DNA of 64,000 bases, from positions 49,268,788 to 49,332,787 of the forward strand of contig CM120640.1 of the NCBI GenBank assembly GCA_051362555.1, in the 5' to 3' direction. The stretch comes from Lingula anatina. Taxonomy: Eukaryota > Animalia > Brachiopoda. A model generated the notes under the pieces. That model searched no databases, was not told the origin of the DNA, and saw only the letters and a list, made by a program, of their open reading frames with translations. Made by a program: the position numbers and the translations under genes. Below, in pieces: positions 33,601 through 46,200 of the stretch; positions within the stretch are counted from its first letter, which is position 1, and each line of letters opens with the position of its first letter.

Positions 33601-36600
33601 ACTGGCGAAGTACAACAAAGACCTGAACTTTTTTTATATATAAAATACGTTTTCTTCAGTTTTAAGTTTTGTGTGAATATTAAGTAACACTGGGAATTGC
33701 CGCTTTAAGACAGTAGGCCTATTCAATAAGCAAATGATACAAGCACTTTGTCCAGTTACTCAAATGAAAATTTAATGTTAAAAAATAAGAAAAGCACAGA
33801 TTCTTGAAAGCGTAAAAGAAAGAAGATACCTAGGGAAGAAACTGATCGTTAAGTACAATAAATCAATACTATCACCATCCTCGACAATCTTTCATTCTTT
33901 CAACCTGACAAAAATAACCTTAACAATGTGATGCTTTTACACTGATCGCGTGAAAAGAGATGATATGGTGAACGGAAACTGAATATCAATACAGTATAAC
34001 GAGGTTATTTTAAATCGAACAATGCGTGACGGACAATAGAGCGTGCATCGTAAAGGTTCCCTGGTCCGTTCACACATATCAAAAATTTGTAGATATCTAT
34101 TCCCTGGACGGGACTGCTCCAAATAGCCTGGTTAAGAAGTATTTGTATGTCAACAGATAAGTGATAATATGGTTAACCGGTATATTCGAAAAAACCTAAA
34201 AATGTGAAAGCTGATAAATGTGCCTCTCTTTTCCGCAATCTACATTCCCTTTACTCAATGTTTCCTCTTGGTGCGCCAGTGCTTCGACACATCATACATC
34301 ATAAGATGGACCAAGGGCAGCGGCAACGCTGTGTGCGGCTTGAGAGTAGCAGTATAAAAGGATAATTAAAATCCACGACGACGGTCTTGTTGTGGCTAGT
34401 CCGGAAACAACGCTAAGAAAGCAATAGCTGGAACCAGGAGTACAGCAACATACACCCGCTGATCATCTCAGCACGTGACTTCTACCGTATAGATATGCAG
34501 AAACATGCAGCCATATCGAATAGTTTTCAATAATAATCATATCTCATTTAGCCACTAGTAGACCTACGCTTTTTTTCTTTATATCTTAATCTGTAACGTC
34601 TTGTTTATATTCCACGAAACTGAAAATTTATATAGATATTAAAGAGTATGAATGATCTTATTTTCGCTCGCCATTACTTAAGAAACTGGATAAGACTTTA
34701 CTGAAAAAAAAAACTACGGCATCAAAATAGCTAAAATAATCTACATATTCTACCACGTCTACTATATAGTCGTCAGTACCCGGCACCTTTTGACGAAGTC
34801 ATTCAGCCTTAACGTATGGCAAATCAGAACTTGAATGACCATGTAAACCAGTGATGGAACACACCTTTGAGTTGATGTACGTTTGAAAGCACTGCTGCAT
34901 ATGAGGATATTCTTATAAATTGAAAACGACTCTCTGTGGCTTTGTAACAGCAATCACTTTTCATAAAATGAATACTGACACGCAAATTGCTAGGGCGTAA
35001 ATTACATCAGAGCAAAATATTTCAATAAAACGCTATTATAGAAGCACTTTTAAGTGCATTAGTAACATGCAACTAAATATATGAAGTATAGTATAGTATC
35101 TCTTGAAGCGCAATGTTTCAGTTTCAACAAGTAACAACAATCAAGGAGCAGATGAAAAGCTAGATAAGTCACTTGTCCGCATAGCTCAGGTATTGACATT
35201 CACGGACAGAATCATCGATCCGAAATACAGATAAACCGTAACATGATCTACAGGCAAAAGAACACCTTACAGCAAGTCCACCTACTTACCTGGGTATGTT
35301 CATCCATTGAGAAATTACCTGACAAAGCGCAATGAACCTAATCCTATACGACAGTAGTTATATTATCTTGATATCACGGTTATTATATAAACCCTGTGGT
35401 TAGAGCAATTTTCTGCCTGATTGCAGAGATTTGAGATATTAGTAACGTAGCTAGAAGGCAGGCCAGGCTAATGCATTCTAGGAATACGTTTGTAGCTGCA
35501 GTAGTTTAATGCGGCCATACATGTCTTTCGACTAGATTGAATTCTGGCATCTGCCGCCAACGGGACATTCGGACTACATATATACTATACAGACAATACC
35601 ACATGCATGCAACCTTCAGCCAAACTGTGTGCACGTCGTTACATTATTATGAATGGTGTCATGGTGTCTCATTCACATCTGATCACACTAGAAAGCGTGT
35701 TGCGGGGTTGGGCTGCGTTTGGGATAGATCATGGTTGGAGTGGGTTTGGGATAGATCATCATCAGTGATGTGTATGTGCCCCCTTAAGCTAGATGGTGCT
35801 AAGGTATGATATTGGTTTATAAAGATACAGATACATATACCTATGTCAAAGATAGTTTGTTTATACTAGTAGTTTTCCAGATGTTACCCAGATACATACC
35901 TGCAGGAGAGATTGTCGAGGCACTAGCTACAGTCTGTACGAAAGAAATAAACCTTTACAACTTCTTAAATCGGTCTTGCTAGCATATTGCGCCATCAATA
36001 GCATCTGTCATTTTTCTACTTGACTCACGGCCACCCAAAACCTATGTTAAACTTGAAATTTCTTTCCTTCCGCGCGGCTATTGCATTATTTACTCCGCCC
36101 TGATAGTTCATCTATAGTAGACTTTGTGTGACATGAAAAAGACCTTAACCCAAGCTGACGATGCTCATCGCTGCAATCAACTGTTAAGACAAAAATACCT
36201 ACACATGTGCCTGCACGCACGCACGCACGCGTGCGCACACACGCATCAGACACACACACAGTAAAAGAAAGTCGCACAACACGCAGAAACAAACACCAAC
36301 ACAAGGTTATTGAAAGCTTTTCTCCCAGGTGTGTGTATTGAGAGGCGGGGAGAGGAGGGAGACGGTTTGTATATTCTCAAGAATGGCAATCGCAACCATA
36401 TCTACCCCGAGTGTTGAAGTAGATGTAGCTATAATTCCAGTTTTTATGGTGTTTGTACATTCATCGCTCCCCCGTAACAATACTGCATATCTAATTAAAA
36501 TATCTAATTAAAACAACACACAATGAATTTTCTTTATTTAGGACTTTTTTCTCAAAGTTCCACCAGACAGTATAATGATTTTTTTTTCACTTGGTAATAA

Positions 36601-38949
36601 AAATTGACAAATGGCACTATTCTGAAATTTCAAATGCACTTAGTACTCTAGCCGTAATATGTCAGCTCTGACAATGTTTTGCCAGAAACGGAAAACGTCT
36701 TCATTCATAATATAAGCTCCTTGTGGATTCAATGTACTAAATATGTAATGCAACCGCCATTCTTGGGACATTGAGAAGATGTGTGCAGGTACTTTAAGAT
36801 ATTTGGATATCGTAACTGAGCCATTGTTTCCGGCCAGAGATGTCAACAGCAATAAAATGTTGACAGTGGATGGCAGATTTGTCTGACACAAATCTCTGAT
36901 AAAAGCATGCCTCATAAAGCATCAGGCAGCTACGATTCTGATGTCGTTTCAAAAGTGAATTATGTAGGCTTACATGTGACAACTAATGATTGGATTATTA
37001 TTATATTATTATTATAAGTTACATTGGCGTGCGTATTGCTGAGAGCCTCGTAAATAATGTAGGCGGATTAAACGCATACAACCACACACGGGGGCACTAT
37101 CAATTTCTTCTTGCCAAGTTCCCAAAGCCTTCTACAAAGATAGCATTTAAATGGCTTAAAAGGCATTCTGGTCGTGATGTTGAGGCATTACGGGCTTCAA
37201 AGAAATCATAAAAGATATTAATGCTTTTCATTTCAATTATACTCTTCCAAACAGCTGGTCATGTTCTATATGTATAACCTCTTCAGTTTTGTTAAATAAA
37301 ATAATTGATATTTGGTATTATTTCTTCAAAATATCACTGAAAGCCCGACAGTTATCTAAGGGAGTCAGCATTTGGGTATCAAAATACTGATTAAAATATT
37401 GCCTGCCGATAATCTTGTTGTATTGGCTCAACGACCGAATCAAGATCGCATTATAAAGGAATAAAATGACGTTATTTTGTATTGCACCCATGCTGACCTT
37501 AATAGAACTTCGCTCAAGTGCTTCATAGCTTTCTTTGTAACAATTGCGTGAAACCTTATATTTGGCGTTATTAGACCTTTTGCGTGTAGACAGATTTAAG
37601 AAATTGCAAGGGTTTATTCCGTACATGTAGATAGAGCAGGCGATAAAAGGGAGAGACGTAGGGGCTTCTTTTCTAGTGCCTCGGCAAACTCCAACGACAC
37701 GTACGTCGTACTTGTCTAAATGGCATATCAATACATATAATTCTATATACATTTCAAAAAAAAAAAAAATAATAATAATAATAATAATGCGTGTTTATTA
37801 TGTAGGAGCGAATCATTATGTATAAATTTATTTACCAAAAAGGATATCAGGTTGATCTACTTTATCTCAGTGGCATTTAAGCCAGTGAAAAGTAAAGTCG
37901 AAAGAAGGATTATACTACATGTATGCGAGTCCACAGCTAAACGTACCTGACCGTTATTCATTCGCATGGCAGACAGATTGATAGACCTTTCTCTTTTAAC
38001 CGTTTCATCAATCCAAGCCCATCATAGACGGCTAACGTATTATTCTCCGTCTATCGCTATCCCCTACGTTGGCCAAAGTACGGAATCAATACACTTGCAG
38101 CCTGAGGTGTGCGTCGCTTAATTAGACGATCTACAGAGAAGGAACAAGTCAAGAAATGCCGACCCATCTACAATGCAAACACAATTTAAATCTACAATCG
38201 ACACTATTTTCGACGGAATGCAAGCCATGGGTTTGGTTTTATCTGAACATTGGTACGACCAACGTTTGGCTAATCTGCTACCCTATCAACCTTCAGGTGC
38301 TAAGCGGATAAACAGGTAGTTATATAAATCGAGTCATCTGGATTTAAAACAAGCTTCCGCAAGTACCCATAAGTCACCTTGTTTATAAACATGATTATCA
38401 GAAAGTGCTTATCGCTTCCAGATTTCAACACCTTAGATTAACTCCTAACAGACTTAGCAGTGTCAGGGGTGTGAAGGTATGTTTTCACCTAGGCCTTGTA
38501 CATTGCACATTACCGAGAAGCATATGTTATCGCTAAAGGTTGTTTTTCGTAGAGTGTACTGAGATTACCTATTGATTATGATAAAGTATATATGAAATAA
38601 ATTAAATTTAGAAGGATATATGTAAGATCTTTCGTTTTTTCCGAAGGATCGAGCTAGGGGTTCAGCCTAAAGTCAGACCTGAAGAGATTTTACATAACAT
38701 CATCATCAGTGTTCATGCAGTTTTATTTAGTAACAGCAACATTTTCATGTAATAAAAAAAAAATGTCACGTCTGCGTTTTCAGACAATTTTTTAGAGATG
38801 GCTGTGACTGGTTCGTAGTAGAATTCACCAAATAAAGTCACCATGAATTCACTACACACACATAAACATGTGACCAGGGCTGATCGATTTAACGGCAGTT
38901 GTGTTCTCAGATCAAGGCACCACATACTTAATTGCATCATGAAGGTGGA

Positions 38950-39445
38950 CACGTTTGTGAATGCAGAGTTCGCCACATCAGCCACGTCTTGCAGCTGGCT
39001 AGGAACGGGCTGCCAGTGTCGGACTTACACCAGGGCTATTTTTTATCATCCTGGATGCAGTTCATTTGGGAAGTCTTATTTTAATACGGGGATAATTTGC
39101 TGTTACATCGGTTCAATCTGTTGCACGTGCGCGTCGTTTCAAATTCAATTAATGATTGTATATTTACCTGTGGTCCACTCCAGTCGGGTAAATCGGAATC
39201 ATGTTCATTTCTAATTACTTGCAAATCCCTCTGGTAACCTGCACACAGACTGGCTACATGAACGTACAGTAAAAATCCAATGTCTACCCCGACATACAGC
39301 TTTTTGCAGCAATTTACACCATGCATTATTAATAATGAGGTGAACTGAATTACACGAACAACATGCACATCCATTGATTGAAGCAGCTTCGAGTATAAAA
39401 TGCTGTTTCAAAAATATATTCTTCCATCGTTCCATCGTTGAGGGT
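38950..39445 (-). pseudogene. Probable fossil Ulp1/SENP-like (C48) cysteine protease
   Basis: Ordered motifs across frameshifts: LNDGTMEEY, DVHVV..FTSLL..HG...KK...VDI..LL.VH, HDS, WQPVPSQ..D.AD/CG.LC. By-eye comparison only. Confidence 0.4.
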
Positions 39446-39829
39446 TAAACCTTTGTTTATATCTTTAATGACCTAGCAAATGACGGACTGTTTGAACTGC
39501 AGTTGCTTTGAAACATAGATGTCAGGTAATCGTTTTCACTTTTTTCGGTCTAAATCTTCATCTCTCCTTCACGTTAACCTGCATTTCTATCATGCATAAC
39601 TGTTCTCATTTCAGACAGATATATTTATTGGATTTTCCCTCGTCGCTGACGAAATAACCTAACCTAATAGGCAGACAAGTCAGAGTAACTAGGGCATTTT
39701 CCAACTTACATGATCTTTCGAGTGTTCTGGAACAAACCATACCATTGAACCTGTAGACCTAGGTTATTTGCCCCGTCTTTCCGAGATAAAGTGTGCCCGC
39801 ACGTTTATATAGGCTACTGTAGGAGACCA

Positions 39830-40049
39830 TTCCCACAGATATTTAGATCGATCTATCCCCCTGGGGAGTCTCACTAGATTGCTGTCAGCTTAATCGGCTT
39901 AAATGTCTGTCCCGGCTACTAATAGCTGTAAGGGGGTAATTAATTTTCTTGCGCGCTCGGCTTCCGGAAGCTGACAGCAATTTAGCGTGAGCCCCCAGGG
40001 AGTTAGGTCGATCCAGATGGATCGATCTAAATCTGTGGGAACCCAGTCT
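39830..40049. mobile_element. Foldback MITE (left terminus truncated)
   Basis: ttcccacagat..ttagatcgatc..ccctgggg..ctcac.tagattgctgtcagctt pairs with aagctgacagcaatttag.gtgag.ccccaggg..gatcgatctaaatctgtgggaa(cccagtcta). Confidence 0.8.
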
Positions 40050-42157
40050 AGGATTATCCGCACCAGAGGGACGGAGTGTACGGAAGTTATTATTCTCTTA
40101 CTAAAGGTGAGGCTTGTGGGGTTATACGGCACACACCCCCAAGGATTTGGATCAATGTACAGTACCCAGTGTCACCTCTGCTGAACACGACGTCATATCT
40201 GTACACAACAGCAGCGACTTAAAGAAATTTGTATCGTCGATTTTCAATATCAAAACCACTTTTACGTGCAATCCTGATGAGGATATATGTACATAAAAGT
40301 AGACAGCAATAGCTGTCTGTATAAGAACAATCATGTATATAAATTCTCGAACAAGAAATGCCGTCCCAAACTGAACTGAATCTATTGAAATAGAGTGACG
40401 GCTGGTGCCATAGGATCGAGTACACCTAGATAGGAATTTGAAATCTGGCTGTTGATATCTTTAAAATGACTTTTGATAACCTACTGTAGTGACCACATAC
40501 ATATCTCAATTCAACACCCGTTGGCGCAGTCCATTTCAGATTAAACGACACAATTCAACATAACATGATAATGAATTAACCGCATAATAACGAGTTAACA
40601 TCTCGCGTTTTCCGCATCACAAGGATGTAATCCGCAAATTACGGGCACCCGTATTAGGGAACGCGTCCCCAATGTAACTCGGCAACTGTAGATCACCGTA
40701 GCTAAGCAGCAAATGTCACATTAACACTTAAAAGTACAACAAATAAACAGGTATGATATTCCTACCAAACCGGGCTATTAAGTCCATCAACATTTTATGA
40801 ATGGGCACACCACGCTGCTTTGTCAAACTGTCCGTCAACGTTTATAAATGACCATGCATGTAACTTAGGACAGGTCAGTGGCGTTTCAATGGTGATGCCC
40901 CCAAAAACGACTGCGAACTCACAGCACTGCTTCGATCACGTTCATTTAAGGCCAATCATATAAATCCCAAGGATAACAATAACCGCCTTTTGTTTTATTA
41001 AAACCGTATTAATAAAATATAAATGTCACGACTGAAAGTCATGCTTAATATGCCTTTGGCTGAACAATTAATTGTACTGTTTCACTGCGTAAATATCCTA
41101 ACGGCTACGTTTTGAATCTATAATGCCGCCAAGTTATGATTGCAGAAATCCTAGGCGAATGCTTTTCCAACAATAATTTGCAGAATAAATCTCCTTTGCT
41201 TTGACCCGTCTCATTAAAGGCAGTTTGCACAGAATGTTTCAGCTGTTAAGAATTTAAGCACGGGGAATTTATGTTAATAACACTACAATTAATGAATATA
41301 GATACAATCAGCCTCAGATACTACCATTCCCCTACCTTTTTTGTCATGAACTTTAACAAGGAAAATGTCACAAATATTATTATTTTAATCAATTGCGTGG
41401 AATTAACCCGCGTTTTTCTTTGTAATGGTGTTCCTAGAAATTGCCACTGTTATTAGACCCTTAATGCGTACCGTAAATCTGTCTACGATATACCCATTGA
41501 TACCTGTACAAGTGAAATGCAAGTAGTCCCATAAATTTGGCTATACTATATTGCAGGATTAGTACTACTGAAACAATACCGAATTACTTACTACATTCCT
41601 CATCCCCCGCAATCACCGTGTAAAAAAATGCCTTGAACATACTTCTCGTTTCGTGGAAAGCAAGCGACTCTGTTTCAAGAAAATAGCTGGTATTATTGAA
41701 GTTGTGACATTACTATCTTCTGATATCAATTAAATTATCACAACACACGCAAATATGTGTCTTAATACTGTGGCATTACGTGCGGTTAAATGTGTGGTGT
41801 CAAATTCAATTGGCTTCCTTCAATATCATGGCCACTTTCAAGGGAATTCCTTGGGTTATTGCCAGTTGTTGTTTGACTGTCTACCAGTGGCCTGGGCTGT
41901 GGAGACCACTGATTTGCGCCTCTCGTGCTGTGCAAAAATAGTTTGTTGTTTCATCAAGGCGACATACATGTACAAGAGAGTTTACAGCGGACGCTGAGGG
42001 TGATTTGGCAATAAGATTTTTAAAGACAGGGAAAATAAGAAGATCCATGTACATGTAGGTCGAGATGAAAATATGTATTTGAATGCAGGTAATCACGCAG
42101 TAAGGAATAATGTGTCAAAACTGACAGAGAGACACTTATTAGGTAAAGGTATAGTTA

Positions 42158-42160
<3 letters not shown>

Positions 42161-42242
<82 letters not shown>
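42161..42242. repeat. (CT)n directly abutting (GA)n, forming a perfect 70-bp palindrome
   Basis: CT run 42161-42195, GA run 42196-42242, no spacer. Confidence 0.95.
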
Positions 42243-42247
<5 letters not shown>

Positions 42248-43254
42248 TACCAAGAGCAGTTGTACTTGAAAATTGCCCAAGAAGCTTTCGTATCAATATT
42301 TAACGTCTCTGCACTCTAAAAAAGCACCATGAAATTATTTTTGGGAAAAGCGGAAAATATTTTTTTCTGACACGAATATGATCTACATTACACGTGGATC
42401 GATTTATAAATGAGTTACATGTACTGTAACTTATCCAAAATCTAAATGGGTTGGGTGGTTTATGATTATTACTTACTTTTGTCCACATATGCGTTAAAAG
42501 TGATCGTAAATACACATGTATAACGATTTCACCCACTACTCATAATATTTATCTTGTCATCTCGCTATAGAAAGAAGTTGTCAACATAACTTTACCAGAC
42601 GCATTTCTTTGAAAAATGTCTTTGAAACATCACGCAAGGAAATGCTTTATCGATTCATCAATAACATCCCATGTTTTTCTTACGCATCACCCTTTCCTGG
42701 ATTGTATTCATCAATTTAAATAGGGTCGTCACCTGTAAATTCCTTAGAGAGAAGACACGTCAATTTCACAAATAGAAGGATCGTTTTATAAAAACGAAAT
42801 AGTGAAAGTGATGCTTCAGTCGGAAAGATGTTGTAAACGGGTATCATAAAGTGTCAGTCTGTGCGCAATTATTTATGTGTTTATTGTGATCATCACACAC
42901 AGAGACGATTTGCTATAAGCAATACACAGTATTTGAAAATAAGGAAAAACAACGGTAATGATGGAAGCATATACATATCAACCTGCTAGTAGTCAGACAG
43001 CTAAAAAGTTTAATACATTTTAACCGATTATACACCAAGCACAACATACACATAAGAAAGAGAACTCGTCTCCAGTCCCCCAGACGACAGACTTCGCCAT
43101 TTCAACGTCACCACCACCCAAAACGACATAAAAACGTCGAAATGACTGCGTCAAATTTATTTTATAATCCTGTTTTTTTTTCTTTCTATTGAGGTTTGTG
43201 TCCATTGATCTCATTCATACAGCCACGGAAAAGAAAAAGAAAAGATAAAAGAAA

Positions 43255-43256
<2 letters not shown>

Positions 43257-43295
<39 letters not shown>
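43257..43295. repeat. (GA)n microsatellite
   Basis: Read directly. Confidence 0.9.
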
Positions 43296-43296
<1 letters not shown>

Positions 43297-46200
43297 AAAA
43301 ACTAATTCTAAACTTAAATTGACTATTTACCTTCTATGTTGCCCTTTGAATTTTCGCCTCTTTTGCCAGTAAACCAGGAATGTCAAGTGGACTGCACAGT
43401 GTATGACACAGATACGCGAAATGGGATGTTTTACATGTGTTACTCAGTACCTATTTATTTCAGTACAAAGCATAAATAAATCAAGCTACCAGTGGCGACT
43501 GTCAACCTTGCTGATGCCGTACTACGTCAACCGTATCCGACTGTCAACTTCTTCATCTATAGAGACGGACGACGGGGTAAGAGATGACTTAATCGTACCT
43601 TGGCTCTCCGCGATAGAGCTGTCATCACTAATGATCACAGATAGAGGCGCTCATGCTTTTATGTTTTCACATTTCTTTCTATCCCATCGAATACTGAGAT
43701 AAATCAATAAATGAGAGAAACAGGATATATAGCCGTATATATAGCTCTACAATGATAAAAAAGTTTAATTTTTACAGCAAAATATGGGGATTATCTTATT
43801 TTGATCGCACTGCTAGATCAGTTTTAGTACCGTAGTCTCTATCGTGATCTTGATCTTGCTGAAGGTGCAGTCCAGCGTTGATACAAGGAAAAAATCAAGA
43901 GTTTGGGCGGAAGAAGTGACCCTGCACTTCACAGATATGACTAACTTTAAGGAAATGTTGCCAGATAGGCTTCAGTCACTTTCTAGTAAATAGCACGGGT
44001 CATGATGCTGCTATCACCATGTTACAGTTAACTCTGTCTATAAAAGCCAAACGCTTGCCTGACTAAATCATTAAAATAAAACTTAAATTGTTAAATGACA
44101 GTAGATAGGACTTTGATAGGCAACCCCACCCAGATGTTTAGTCAAGACCCGGGAACCAGGACGGATGTACTGTAGATATGAAAAGATAGGCGACAAAAAT
44201 AGGAAAAGAAAAAGACAAGTCACAAAATCAGGTTATATAACATAGTTACATAGATAGCTCCCACCTCCATGCCCGTCTATTATAGAAATCTCGTAGCAGT
44301 GTTCTTCCGTTCTGAGTAAGAGAATTATATAAGTGTATGGTGTCTCAACCGCAGTGATAAACACTCGGGGCTTATATCCGCCTTGAGAGGACAGTTGGTA
44401 AAAAAAATTATAAGGTGACAGCCTGAATGCACAGTAAAAAAGAAAGGGTAATAATTCGCAGCAAATGTCCTTTTCCGTAAGACATCATTTGTATGTGTAA
44501 CCAGTATCCTTTCTTTTTTTCATCTTTTGTAAATGATGAACAAAAGGAGACAATTGCAAGGCTTACCACTGCTGAAGGGATTGTAAGGTCGTCAGAATGC
44601 TGGTTAAAAGACGAAGACCCTCCCTTATATTTATGGACAAAAGTAAAACTATCTGCTGTTTCATTTTATCTTTCACAATGTAATAGTTGCAGATTCTTGT
44701 CTGCTTGATTGCCAGTCCCTTTTATGGATGGTAAATGAACATGAAGAAATTAATAGGAATGATATGAGAAATCTTGAAACATGACCTTCAGTCGTCCCCA
44801 GTCGGTCGTTTGTCTAGCACAAAGGAGGGGAAAAAGAAAGATAACTTAGCGTGTTTACTTGCTATCTTGAAAGTATCATGGCGGGGTAGTTTTCATCTCA
44901 GCAGGTTTATATTGCTACCTGACAAACTAACACGCAGTGTGTATTATATTTGCCATATGAGGTAAAAAGAAGGAAAAAACTACGAATTATATCTATGACA
45001 CTAACAGTGTGGTATACATGTAAGATACGATACACAGTTAATGTGACTTTAATCGGATGTACGAGAAGAATGTCCTTTTTGACAAAAGAATAATAATCGG
45101 TAATCCCCAATTAACCCTACTACCTACAGGTATCAATCAAATGATCAATGAATATTTATACACGGTTAACATAATGAATTAAAAAACTCACCATATCCTT
45201 TGGGTGTATATTAAACCGTACCTCCCCATATCTAAATCAATTTTATTCTTTTGAATTTTCAAAGATATATATATATATAGTTGAGTTTGTCTGTCATATG
45301 TATATAAATGAAGGAAGGGATTTTTATTAAGCATCAAAGAAATGATAAATTCTAGCAAACCATTGGTTAATTTGTCAGAAAACAAATCAGATATTTGTCG
45401 ACTGTCTGTTGAATAACTTACATCATGTATGTGCCATGCCAACGTACTACGCATGATCGCTGTAATCATAAAATACTGAAGGATATCAGGCTGAAATATG
45501 ATGGTGGTTATTATCATTTATTACGAGCAGGTTTATCATATGTAACTTACATTGGTAAGTTAAAGGTCATTCCATAACTACTCACATGCGTTAATACCTT
45601 TTTAAATTTCGTCCATAAGAGAGAGAGAGAGAGAGAGGCTAGGATGTACCGTACCAGTAGGACACTGACAGGCATCAATAGGCAGGTAGACACACAGGAA
45701 AACAGACAACAAAACACACTATAAAACATGCACGACATTAGTAAGAAAGAGGGGCAAGATAAAAGAAGAGCAAAAAAACAATAAAGTCGGGGCCGAGCCT
45801 CTCAATAACCTGAAAGGAGTTCTGAAGGATGGTAGGTACGGTATAACGTTAACCTTTCTGAATAGCCATACAGGTTTCCCAGGTCGTAGTCACTGATGGC
45901 AGACAGGTCAGAGAACACATTCACCTGGAGTGACAGTTTGCCTTTGTGGTGAACAAATGCACATTTTAAGTACCAATTTCAAAACATTTAGCCATGTCTA
46001 TTTTAGAACGTGTGACTTCAGTAACATGACATTGCAATAAATCCAATGCTTCTTACCTGGTAGATACTCGAATCCTGGACATTAATATATGTATACTGTA
46101 AGTCTTGTGGCCAATAAATCCTCAAAATTCACAAAATCACACTATCAGTTTCGATTGGAAATTACCACATTCTACTGTCTACAGCTGATGATACATATTC

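Noticed and set aside
34290-34460. TATAAAAG followed by ATTAAA as a solo LTR or promoter
   Set aside because: No TG...CA boundaries, TSD or second LTR found, and no downstream gene on +.
42073-42303. ORFs with SLSLSL/ERERER or HTHT runs (also 62447-62839)
   Set aside because: Translations of microsatellites.
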